This document shows, one piece after another, positions 7,701 through 15,724 of a DNA stretch of 21,159 bases (the stretch's first letter is position 1; each line of letters begins with the position of its first letter). A program made the translations under genes and the position numbers. The notes under the pieces were generated by a model, which searched no databases, had not been told where the DNA came from, and saw nothing but the letters and a program-made list of their open reading frames with translations. This stretch comes from a candidate division WOR-3 bacterium (lineage in GTDB: Bacteria; Hydrothermota; Tepidihabitantia; Tepidihabitantales; Tepidihabitantaceae), in the NCBI GenBank assembly GCA_965648935.1, contig CBFGIY010000039.1, forward strand, positions 1 to 21,159. The letters are read 5' to 3'.

Positions 7701-8963
7701 ATGCGCAAAGCAGTATTCGGTCTGGCCGTTCTGCTGTTCGTGCTGGGATGCGTGCCGGCCGAGCCCGGGCAGCCGCAGGGCGCCGTGTACCGGCGCGCGG
7801 CGCGGCCCGCGGTGTGGCGCGTCCTGCCGCGCACCCAGGCGGAGTCGCTCGGCATCCAGCCGGGCGACGTGTTCGTATCCTACAACAACCGGGTAGTCGA
7901 GACGAACGACGAGCTCGCGCGCGCGATCGCCGAGGCCGCCGAGTCGCCGGGCCGTGTGGGCGTCATCCTTCTGCGCGGCGACGAGGAGGTTTCTCTGGAG
8001 GCCTGGCCCGGGCCGCTGGGCGTCGTGCCCGATGCCGGGCGCTACACCGCGAGCCTGGCGCTGGCCGTGGAGGACATCCTCGCTTACTTCGGCGTGGACG
8101 CCGACTACGACTGGCTGGGCGCGGTTACCGCCGAGAACTTCGCCTTCACCGCCAACCGCGAGGAGTGCCCGGCCTGGTGGCCGAATGCGCTGGCCGGCGA
8201 GTACCTTGACGGGCTGGAGGACCTCTACGGCCTGCAGTTCCGCACGCTCTATGCCTACGGCTACGGCGACTCGGCCGTGGTCGCGGACTCAAGCCAGACA
8301 GAGCTGGTGCGGCTCATCCGCCGGGAACTGGGGCGTGACCGCGTTGTGCTCATTCGCGGCGGATGGCCCGATGAGGTTGACGGCTTCTGGGGCGTGGTCA
8401 CGCGCTACGAGGACGATGACTCGCTGCTCTACGGCTTCACGCTCGGGCTGGCTGACGAACAGCCGGTGCCCGGCGAGATTCTCGAGGCGTACGAGGTCAG
8501 GCTGGCATCGCGGACCGAGCCCGACCCCGAGGAGCTGCTCAGGACCGTGCTGGTGCAGGCGCTGGAGATGGGCCAGGCCTACTCGGACAGCGGCTGGCAG
8601 TCGGGCCTGGTCGCCTACGACGTCTGGATCGGCGCGCTCGACTCGGTGCCGTTCTGCCCCGAGTGCGGCGAGGCGAGCCAGGACTGTTTTGACCGGCTGG
8701 CGATGTCGCTGCTTTCGGCCAAGGAGAGCGCGAACCGCTTTCTCGCCGATATGAGCGACGCGCTGCCCGACGAGTCCGATATCATCGCCGAGGCGATGAC
8801 CGCGAACGCGGCCATCATCAGCAAGCTCAACGGCATCGGCCTGAGCGGCGTGCGAGTCGGAACGCGCGAGAGCCAGCAGAAGCTCGCCCGGGTCGTTGCC
8901 GATATCCAGCTTCTCGAAAGCCAGCTGCTGATGATTTACGAGGAACTGCTGGGCGAGCTCTAG
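7701..8963 (+). CDS. PDZ-domain lipoprotein with an acidic C-terminal region (possibly BtrH/papain-like fold)
   Basis: SD AAGGAG 7689-7694 and ATG 7701. Signal peptide with lipobox MRKAVFGLAVLLFVLG-C. PDZ signature VLPRTQAESLGIQPGDVFVSYNNRVV...LLRGDE. Confidence 0.75.
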   Translation: MRKAVFGLAVLLFVLGCVPAEPGQPQGAVYRRAARPAVWRVLPRTQAESLGIQPGDVFVSYNNRVVETNDELARAIAEAAESPGRVGVILLRGDEEVSLEAWPGPLGVVPDAGRYTASLALAVEDILAYFGVDADYDWLGAVTAENFAFTANREECPAWWPNALAGEYLDGLEDLYGLQFRTLYAYGYGDSAVVADSSQTELVRLIRRELGRDRVVLIRGGWPDEVDGFWGVVTRYEDDDSLLYGFTLGLADEQPVPGEILEAYEVRLASRTEPDPEELLRTVLVQALEMGQAYSDSGWQSGLVAYDVWIGALDSVPFCPECGEASQDCFDRLAMSLLSAKESANRFLADMSDALPDESDIIAEAMTANAAIISKLNGIGLSGVRVGTRESQQKLARVVADIQLLESQLLMIYEELLGEL

Positions 8964-10930
8964 CGCCCGCCCTCGTAGATATCGTCGAACTCCGGCGCCC
9001 AGTCGTGGAGCCAGTTCCACGCGCGCAGGGAGTCGGGGTCGAGCTCCGAATCCAGCAGCCAGATGCAGTAATCGCTTGACCAGCCAATCTCACAGGAGCG
9101 GACGCGCGGCTCGCAGCCGCTGATGAGCAGGTTGCCGCGGCCCGCGCCGCCGGCGTAGAGGATGCGGCAGCGCTCGAGCCGGGCGGTGTTGAGGCAACTC
9201 GGGTGCAGTTCGATGCCGCGCCAGGCCCCGGGTTCGGCGGCCGCGCCGGTGAAGACTATCGAGTCGGGGTCGCCGACCGCGACAATCTCGCCCGGTCCGC
9301 CGAAACCGACCCGGATGCCGGCGCCGCGCTCGAACTGCATCGCGACGCCCTGTTCTATCTGCCAGGTCGGCGGGTCGGCAGCGCCGACCTCGATGATTCC
9401 ACTGACATAGTAGGGCACGCCCGGGTTGCGCCACTGGGTCAGGCGCGTGATGGCGCCGCCGGTGACCGCGACCGCGTCGCGGGCGTTGCCTGAAAGGACG
9501 TTGCCGGGACCGAGCCGGCCGACATAGCCGGCGTCGATGTGCAGCGGGAAGCCGCCGCAGGCCGTGATCGTGTTGCGCTCGAACCGGGCCGGGCCGGTGC
9601 CGAAGCAGTGGACGCCGCTGGCGGCGTTGTCGCGTATGACGCAGCCGACCAGGGCGACCGGCGCGGAGAGCAGGCTGACCGCGGCGCCGCCGCCTGCCCC
9701 GGCGCGCTCGACCGTGCAGAAGCGCAGCCCGGTGCGCAGCGAGTCGGTCGCCTCCCAGAACTCGATGCCGCCCCACCCTCCCGGCCCGGGGTCGGTCCGC
9801 AGCGCGGAGAAGGTGATGCGGCCGTAGTCGCCCTCGGCGCGCAGGCCGCCGGGCCGGCCCAGCCCGACGCGCAGCCGGCAGGTGTCGGCAAAGAGCAGGG
9901 TGCAGCCGGGCGCGACCATGACCAGCGGGTTGGCCGCGCCGGCGATGGTGACCGTGCCGGTGAAGCAGAGCGGCAGGCCGGGCGCGGGCCAGGTGTCGGA
10001 TGCGGTTACCGTGCCGCCGCCGACCTCGATGCCGTCGCGGGCATTGCCCGTCGCGCTGTTGCCCGTGCCGAACGAGCGGATACCGCCGATGCCGAGGCGT
10101 ACGGGCAGGCCGGCGCAGGCAGCGATGCGGTTGCGCCGGAACGAGCCGAACCCGCCATCGGCCCAAGCCCCGCGCGAGCGGCTGGAATGGAGCGCGCAGT
10201 CATTCACCGTGATTCCGTCAACCCGACAGACGACCATCGCCGGCAGGCCGGCGCCGGCGTGGCTGACCGTGCAGTATTCGAGCCGGCAGGCAGCGCTGTC
10301 GAGCGGGGCGCGAAACTCGATGCCGCGCCAGGGGCCGCCAACCGTGTCGAGCGCGGTGAAGACGATGCCCGAGTCGGGCGTGCCGACCGCGACGAGCGCG
10401 GCGCCGGAGCGCGCGCCGACCGTGACCCCTGCCCCGGACGCGACATAGACGCGGACACCGGGCCGCACCGTGACCCGCGCCTGGACCGTGAGGTCGGCGT
10501 CGATGAAGTGCGGGTTGCCCTCGGCGGTCCAGGTCTCGGGCGCGGCGATTATGCCGGAGTGGCGGGTGCCGCCGCCGGCGCCGATAGCGACGCCGACCGT
10601 GTCGGACAGACCCCGATTGCCGACCGCGTCGTAGGCAGCGCAGCGCAGGATATGGCGCGAGCCGGGCGCGAGGGTCCGGGCATCCCAGACCCAGGTGAAG
10701 ATGTCGCCCGATGAGGCCGTGACCCGGGCGCGCAACGTGTCGTTGACGTAGAACTCGACCGAGCGCACGGCCCGGTTGTCGGTCGCGCGGCAGTCGATGG
10801 CGACCAGGCCCGAGACAGTGTCGCCCGACGCGGGCCGGATGATTGCCGCATCAGGCGGCTCGGTGTCGCCCGGGCAGGCCGCAAGCAGGAGCAGCGACGC
10901 GGCCAGAGCGGCGCGCAGTATTCCTACCAT
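8960..10930 (-). CDS. Lipoprotein with an N-terminal bacterial Ig-like domain and three right-handed beta-helix-type repeats
   Basis: Lipobox LLLLAA-C. DTEPP...VSGLVAI...ATDNRAVRSVEFYVN is Ig-like. Three units of L.A.G....I.FT......G.W.GI.F.....LE.C.V..AG. Start moved to ATG 10930, which overlaps the upstream stop. Confidence 0.75.
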   Translation of the reverse strand: MVGILRAALAASLLLLAACPGDTEPPDAAIIRPASGDTVSGLVAIDCRATDNRAVRSVEFYVNDTLRARVTASSGDIFTWVWDARTLAPGSRHILRCAAYDAVGNRGLSDTVGVAIGAGGGTRHSGIIAAPETWTAEGNPHFIDADLTVQARVTVRPGVRVYVASGAGVTVGARSGAALVAVGTPDSGIVFTALDTVGGPWRGIEFRAPLDSAACRLEYCTVSHAGAGLPAMVVCRVDGITVNDCALHSSRSRGAWADGGFGSFRRNRIAACAGLPVRLGIGGIRSFGTGNSATGNARDGIEVGGGTVTASDTWPAPGLPLCFTGTVTIAGAANPLVMVAPGCTLLFADTCRLRVGLGRPGGLRAEGDYGRITFSALRTDPGPGGWGGIEFWEATDSLRTGLRFCTVERAGAGGGAAVSLLSAPVALVGCVIRDNAASGVHCFGTGPARFERNTITACGGFPLHIDAGYVGRLGPGNVLSGNARDAVAVTGGAITRLTQWRNPGVPYYVSGIIEVGAADPPTWQIEQGVAMQFERGAGIRVGFGGPGEIVAVGDPDSIVFTGAAAEPGAWRGIELHPSCLNTARLERCRILYAGGAGRGNLLISGCEPRVRSCEIGWSSDYCIWLLDSELDPDSLRAWNWLHDWAPEFDDIYEGGR

Positions 10931-11748
10931 ATCCGGCCCCGCGCCGCGAACTGCCACTTGCCCCGGTTCTTTGTCAGAAACACCTCGACCGAGCGGTGGC
11001 GTTCGAGCCGGCCCGGCGCCGCCGGGTCGACCGGGTCGAGGTCGACCGTGACCTGCGCGACCGAGCCCATCAGCCGGACCAGCGCGAGCGAATAGAAGTG
11101 CGAAACCGGCGGCAGGTCGCGCCGGGCGCGAATTTGGGCCGGCGTCACCCAGACGACCTCGGTGCCGGGCACGCGGATTTCGCCCTCACCGGGCCGGCCC
11201 TGGCGCACGAGCACGAGCTTGTCGGGCTTGAGCAGGCGGCGGCGGAATACGCCAAGCCCGTCGTCGCTCAGCATCCAGCGCAACGCGACTTCGGCCGCGG
11301 CGCGCAGCTCGGCGGTGTCGGACTGGCCGTACTGGAATGTCTGGTTGAGTATCCGGCTCACCCAGGCGAGCTGCCATTCGCGGCCGCTGTAGACCCAGCT
11401 CTGGTAGAGATAACCGTAGTCGCGGTCTCCGGTGAAGACATAGTACACCGACACCGCGGCCGAGGGCGGGCGGATATCGACGACCTTGCGGCTGCAGCGG
11501 GCGATGCGGCGTCCGGCCTGCCAGGCGACGAAGGCCGAGTCGAACCGCGCGAAGCTGTTCTCGGCCCGAAACGACTCGTTGAACATCCGGTACATCGCGC
11601 GGGTGTTGCCGCTGACCATCGCCTGGTTGAATTCGTGGGTGCGCCGGCCGATCTCGTAGTGGTCGCGGAATCCGGGCTGCCCAGAACCGATGGCCGCTGC
11701 CAGCGCCAGTGCGACCAGCGCAGGGCAGCGGCCATTCGGCAAGGACAA
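10924..11748 (-). CDS. Hypothetical secreted protein
   Basis: 274-aa ORF with host-like codon use and a hydrophobic N-terminus (PALVALALAAAIGSG). It overlaps the next gene's start. The only upstream start in frame is TTG 11748. Confidence 0.6.
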   Translation of the reverse strand: MSLPNGRCPALVALALAAAIGSGQPGFRDHYEIGRRTHEFNQAMVSGNTRAMYRMFNESFRAENSFARFDSAFVAWQAGRRIARCSRKVVDIRPPSAAVSVYYVFTGDRDYGYLYQSWVYSGREWQLAWVSRILNQTFQYGQSDTAELRAAAEVALRWMLSDDGLGVFRRRLLKPDKLVLVRQGRPGEGEIRVPGTEVVWVTPAQIRARRDLPPVSHFYSLALVRLMGSVAQVTVDLDPVDPAAPGRLERHRSVEVFLTKNRGKWQFAARGRIW

Positions 11749-11749
11749 G

Positions 11750-11825
11750 CGGGCTCGACCGGATTTGAACCGGCGGTCTTCGCCGTGACAGGGCGACGTG
11801 TTAAACCAAGCTACACTACGAGCCC
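11750..11825 (-). tRNA. tRNA-Asp (anticodon GTC), CCA not encoded
   Basis: GGGCTCG TA GTGT AGCTTGGTTTA ACAC G TCGCC CTGTCAC GGCGA AGACC GCCGG TTCAAAT CCGGT CGAGCCC G forms a full cloverleaf. The discriminator G is followed by CTT. Confidence 0.97.
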
Positions 11826-11835
11826 TCGCGGACAG

Positions 11836-11911
11836 AGGATAGCCGAAGGCCGATTGTTGTCAAATGACGCCAGCCGGCGGCCGTTGACGCGCCGGGCCGG
11901 GCGGCTAGGAT
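11836..11911. promoter_or_regulatory. Back-to-back divergent promoters (tRNA-Asp unit / GNAT-like gene)
   Basis: Minus strand: TTGACA 11863..11858, 16 nt, TATCCT 11841..11836. Plus strand: TTGACG 11884-11889, 16 nt, TAGGAT 11906-11911. Confidence 0.65.
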
Positions 11912-11963
11912 AAGGCGTGGTTGTGCAGTTGCGGCGGCGCGCGCTGCCCGGACAGGGAGCGCG

Positions 11964-12782
11964 GTGAGCGACAGGCGGTCGCTACTGGGCCGGCTCTTCG
12001 GGTCGGGGCCGGACCGCGCCCTGTGGCAGCCGATCGCCTTCGGGCCGAAGTTCGACTGGCTCGACGCCACACACCTGCGCCTGGCCGTCGGGCCGCTGGC
12101 CGGCGAGACATTCGAACTCACAACGGAAGTGAAGCCCGCGACCGCGCACAGCACCCTCTACCATTACGGCTCGGTTGTCGGCGAGTGCCACATCGAGCGC
12201 ACGCCGCCGGGCAGGGGCGTGGTGCTCTGGGATGTGGGCGTGCGCGAGGCGTACCGGCGCCGGGGCCTTGCCTCGCTGATGACGCTGGTCGCGTTCCGCC
12301 GGCTGCTTGAAATCCAGCGCAGCGCGACATTCCGCATCAGGATGGTGCGGCTGGTCAAACCGTCCGACCGGGACATCGAGTTCCAGAATGTCGGGATGGG
12401 CGTCATCGCCTACCGGCTCGGGTTCGAGTCGGAGCTCGATATCACGCGCCTGCTGCATCCGGACAATTTGGTCAGCGCCGACATCCTGCCGGCCAAGGGC
12501 GACTTCCCGCCCGGGCTGAAGATGGTGATTCGCACCGACCCGCTGGTGCTGGTCGGGTTCGTGCTGGACAGCGACACCAAGAAGCCGGTTTCCGACCTCG
12601 GCACCTATGTCCGGCTGATGCGGCGCGAGGCCGACCTGCAGGACTGGCTGGCCAAGGGCCTGGTCGTCATCTGCAACGGCGACTTCCGGCTGCCCGAGGC
12701 CGGGATCGACCGGTTCCTCGGGTGCATCGCGCGCAGCCAGGCCGAGGCGCGCGACTTCAGGGCGAAGGTCAAGGGGCTGTGA
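11964..12782 (+). CDS. GNAT-like protein with an uncharacterised C-terminal half
   Basis: SD AGGGAG before GTG. Motif A VLWDVGVREAYRRRGLASLM. Host-like codon use. Confidence 0.65.
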   Translation: MSDRRSLLGRLFGSGPDRALWQPIAFGPKFDWLDATHLRLAVGPLAGETFELTTEVKPATAHSTLYHYGSVVGECHIERTPPGRGVVLWDVGVREAYRRRGLASLMTLVAFRRLLEIQRSATFRIRMVRLVKPSDRDIEFQNVGMGVIAYRLGFESELDITRLLHPDNLVSADILPAKGDFPPGLKMVIRTDPLVLVGFVLDSDTKKPVSDLGTYVRLMRREADLQDWLAKGLVVICNGDFRLPEAGIDRFLGCIARSQAEARDFRAKVKGL

Positions 12783-12811
12783 AGGGCGCGGCGGGCGGTA
12801 TGCCGCCAGCC

Positions 12812-12840
12812 TTGACAGATGCCAGATTAGTGGCTATTCT
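12812..12840 (+). promoter_or_regulatory. sigma70-type promoter for fusA-CDGSH
   Basis: TTGACA 12812-12817, 17 nt, TATTCT 12835-12840. SD AGGAG lies before ATG 12903. Confidence 0.7.
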
Positions 12841-12902
12841 CACGCATCAGCCCCGGTAACGGGGCCGGCACCGACAGGACAGCTTACCCGCAGGAGACAA
12901 CA

Positions 12903-15035
12903 ATGGCACGCCAGTTCCCTTTGGACCGGGTCCGCAACATCGGCATCATGGCCCACATCGATGCCGGCAAGACAACGGTTTCGGAGCGCATTCTGTACTA
13001 CACCGGCCGCACCCACAAGCTGGGCGAGGTGCACGACGGGGCGGCGGTGATGGACTGGATGCCGCAGGAGCAGGAGCGCGGCATCACAATCACCGCGGCG
13101 GCCACGACCACGGTCTGGCGCGACCACATCATCAACCTCATCGATACGCCCGGCCACGTCGACTTCACGGTCGAGGTCGAGCGCAGCCTGCGCGTGCTGG
13201 ACGGGGTGGTCGGGCTGTTCTGCGCGGTGGGCGGGGTCGAGCCGCAGTCGGAGACGGTCTGGCGGCAGGCCGAGAAGTACTCGGTGCCGCGCATCGCGTT
13301 CGTCAACAAGATGGACCGGGCCGGGTCCGACTTCTACTCGGTCGTCGAGCAGATAACCGAGGAGCTGGGGGCCAACGCGGTGCCGGTGACCATCCCGATC
13401 GGGCAGGAGGAGAACTTCGCCGGCGTGGTCGACCTGGTCGACGACGTGGCCGTGTACTACGACGACACCGACCAGGGAATGACCTGGCGCGAGGAAGCGA
13501 TTCCGGCCGAACTGGCCGAGACCGCGCACCGCTGGAAGCAGAACCTGCTGGAGAAGATCGCCGAAATCGACGAGGGCCTGCTCGACAAGTTCCTGAGTGA
13601 CGAGAAGATCGAGAATCGCGAGCTGTCGCGGGCCATCCGCGCAGCGACCATCGCGCAGAAGGTCTGCCCGGTCATCTGCGGCTCGGCCTTCAAGAACAAG
13701 GGCATCCAACGGCTGCTCGACGCGGTCGTTTCGTACCTGCCCAGCCCGCTGGACCTGCTGCCGACGGTCGGGGTCCATCCCGGCGGCGAGGAGGTCATCA
13801 GGATACCCTGGGACGAGGGCCGGCTGGCCGCGCTCGCTTTCAAGGTCGTGACCGACAAGCACGTGGGCAAGCTGGTCTATGTCCGGGTGTACTCGGGCAC
13901 GCTCCAGGCCGGCACCTATGTCTACAACTCGCGGCAGGACAAGGACCAGCGGGTCGGGCGGCTGATGCGGATGCACGCCAACCGGCAGGAGATGGTGGAC
14001 GCGCTGTACTCGGGCGAGATCGGGGCGGTGGTCGGGCTGTCCGACACCGTGACCGGCGACACGCTCTGCATCCGCGAAGCGCCGATAGTGCTCGAGGCGA
14101 TCGAGTTCCCCGCGCCGGTGCTGTCGGTGGCGGTGAAAGTCAAGGACCGCGCCGACCGCGACAAGCTCGGCGCGGCGCTGGTGCGGCTGGCCGAGGAGGA
14201 CCCGACCTTTGTCGTGCGCACCGATGCCGAGACCGAGGAGACCGTGGTCGCGGGAATGGGCGAGCTGCACCTTGACATCATCATCGACCGGCTGCGGCGC
14301 GAGTTCGGGGTCGAGGTGAACACGGGCGCGCCCCAGGTCGCCTACCGCGAGACGATGACCGCCGCGGCCGAGGTCAACGAGCGTTACGTCAAGCAGACCG
14401 GGGGCCGGGGTCAGTACGCCCACGTGGTGATGGCGGTCGAACCGCTGCCGCCCGGCGCCGGCTTCGAGTTCGTCAACAAGATAACCTCGGGCCGCATTCC
14501 CAAGGAGTACATCCCGCCGATCGAGCGGGGAGTGGTCGATGCGATGCAGAAGGGGCCATTCGCCGGTTTCCCGGTCGTCGACGTGCGCGTCACCCTGCTC
14601 GACGGGTCGTATCACGAGGTCGACTCTTCGGACATCGCGTTCCGCACCTGCGGGGCGCGGGCGTTCCGCCGGGCGTTCCTCTCGGGCAGCCCGCAATTGC
14701 TCGAGCCGATGATGAGCGTCAACGTGGTCACGCCCGAGGAGTCGGCCGGCGCTGTGATGGGTTCGCTGTGCAACCGGCGCGGGCTGATTCACGGGATGGA
14801 CGACCAGGGCAACGCCAAGGTCATCAAAGCGCTGGTGCCGCTGTCGATGATGTTCGGCTATGCGACCGACGTGCGCAACATGAGCCAGGGCAAGGCAAGC
14901 TTCACGATGCACTTCGAGCACTACGAGGCGGTGCCGTTCGCCATCGCCGAGGAAATCGTGGCCGCGCGCACGGCCCCGGGCGCGCGCGCCGAGGGCGAGG
15001 CCGTGGGCCCCGCCCGCCCCCGCGACGATGGCTAG
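12903..15035 (+). CDS. fusA: Elongation factor G (stand-alone copy, not in an str operon)
   Basis: Motifs [77 protein letters not shown]. Confidence 0.97.
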   Translation: MARQFPLDRVRNIGIMAHIDAGKTTVSERILYYTGRTHKLGEVHDGAAVMDWMPQEQERGITITAAATTTVWRDHIINLIDTPGHVDFTVEVERSLRVLDGVVGLFCAVGGVEPQSETVWRQAEKYSVPRIAFVNKMDRAGSDFYSVVEQITEELGANAVPVTIPIGQEENFAGVVDLVDDVAVYYDDTDQGMTWREEAIPAELAETAHRWKQNLLEKIAEIDEGLLDKFLSDEKIENRELSRAIRAATIAQKVCPVICGSAFKNKGIQRLLDAVVSYLPSPLDLLPTVGVHPGGEEVIRIPWDEGRLAALAFKVVTDKHVGKLVYVRVYSGTLQAGTYVYNSRQDKDQRVGRLMRMHANRQEMVDALYSGEIGAVVGLSDTVTGDTLCIREAPIVLEAIEFPAPVLSVAVKVKDRADRDKLGAALVRLAEEDPTFVVRTDAETEETVVAGMGELHLDIIIDRLRREFGVEVNTGAPQVAYRETMTAAAEVNERYVKQTGGRGQYAHVVMAVEPLPPGAGFEFVNKITSGRIPKEYIPPIERGVVDAMQKGPFAGFPVVDVRVTLLDGSYHEVDSSDIAFRTCGARAFRRAFLSGSPQLLEPMMSVNVVTPEESAGAVMGSLCNRRGLIHGMDDQGNAKVIKALVPLSMMFGYATDVRNMSQGKASFTMHFEHYEAVPFAIAEEIVAARTAPGARAEGEAVGPARPRDDG

Positions 15036-15038
15036 GCC

Positions 15039-15704
15039 GTGCGCCCGGCCGGCCGCGTCGAGGTTACGGTCAACGGGCCGTACATCGTCTCGGGCGGGGT
15101 GCCGCTGCAGGTGATGCGGATTCTGCTCGACGAGCGCGAGCAGTCGGTCGGCTGGCGCACGGTCGGCCGCATCCCGGTCAAGGGGAGCTACGCGCTGTGC
15201 CGGTGCGGCCGCACCCGCACGCCGCCGTTCTGCGACGGCAGCCACGGACGGCACGATTTCGACGGGACCGAGACGGCAGCGCGCGAGCCGTATGAGAAGC
15301 AGGCCCGCGTCCTGCACGGCGCCGGGGTCTGGCTGGCTGACGCGCCGGCGCTGTGCGCCTCGGCCCGGTTCTGCCTCGCTGCAAGCGGCACGTGGTTTCT
15401 CACCAGAAGGTCGCGCCGGCCCGAGGCGCGGCGGCTGGCGATACGACAGGCGGCCAACTGCCCGGCCGGCCGGCTGGTCGCTCGACATCCCGGCGGCGCG
15501 GACTTGGAGCCGAAGCTGGCGCGGTCCATCGCGCTGGTCGAAGACCCGCTGGTCGGGATGAGCGGGCCGCTCTGGCTGCGCGGCGGCATACCGGTCGTCG
15601 CCGCGGACGGGTTCCGCTACGAGGTCCGCAACCGCGTCACGCTCTGCCGCTGCGGTCGGTCCCGCAACAAGCCGTTCTGCGACGGCAGCCACGTGCAGGG
15701 CTAG
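15039..15704 (+). CDS. CDGSH iron-sulfur protein: two CDGSH [2Fe-2S] motifs flanking a divergent ferredoxin-like (DUF1271/Fer4_19-type) segment
   Basis: NGPY..ALCRCGRTRTPPFCDGSH and GPLW..TLCRCGRSRNKPFCDGSH, with central LCASARFC...NCPAGRL. It starts 3 nt after the fusA stop. Confidence 0.9.
   Translation: MRPAGRVEVTVNGPYIVSGGVPLQVMRILLDEREQSVGWRTVGRIPVKGSYALCRCGRTRTPPFCDGSHGRHDFDGTETAAREPYEKQARVLHGAGVWLADAPALCASARFCLAASGTWFLTRRSRRPEARRLAIRQAANCPAGRLVARHPGGADLEPKLARSIALVEDPLVGMSGPLWLRGGIPVVAADGFRYEVRNRVTLCRCGRSRNKPFCDGSHVQG
15573..15704 (+). repeat. Direct repeat copy 1 (3' end of the CDGSH gene)
   Basis: Ungapped alignment with 20659..20790: 107/132 nt identical by my count. Confidence 0.9.
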
Positions 15705-15724
15705 GCGCCCGGCAGCGGTCTATT

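Noticed and set aside
11750..11780. tRNA-Asp as an island attachment site
   Set aside because: I found no duplicate of its 3' end in the window beyond ~9-bp chance matches (near 456 and 20559), and no integrase
12840..15692. 950-aa antisense ORF opposite fusA-CDGSH, and similar long shadow ORFs (3494..5017, 1675..3603, 15353..17305, 6482..7573)
   Set aside because: Expected in high-GC3 DNA; they show no motifs and lie over well-supported genes
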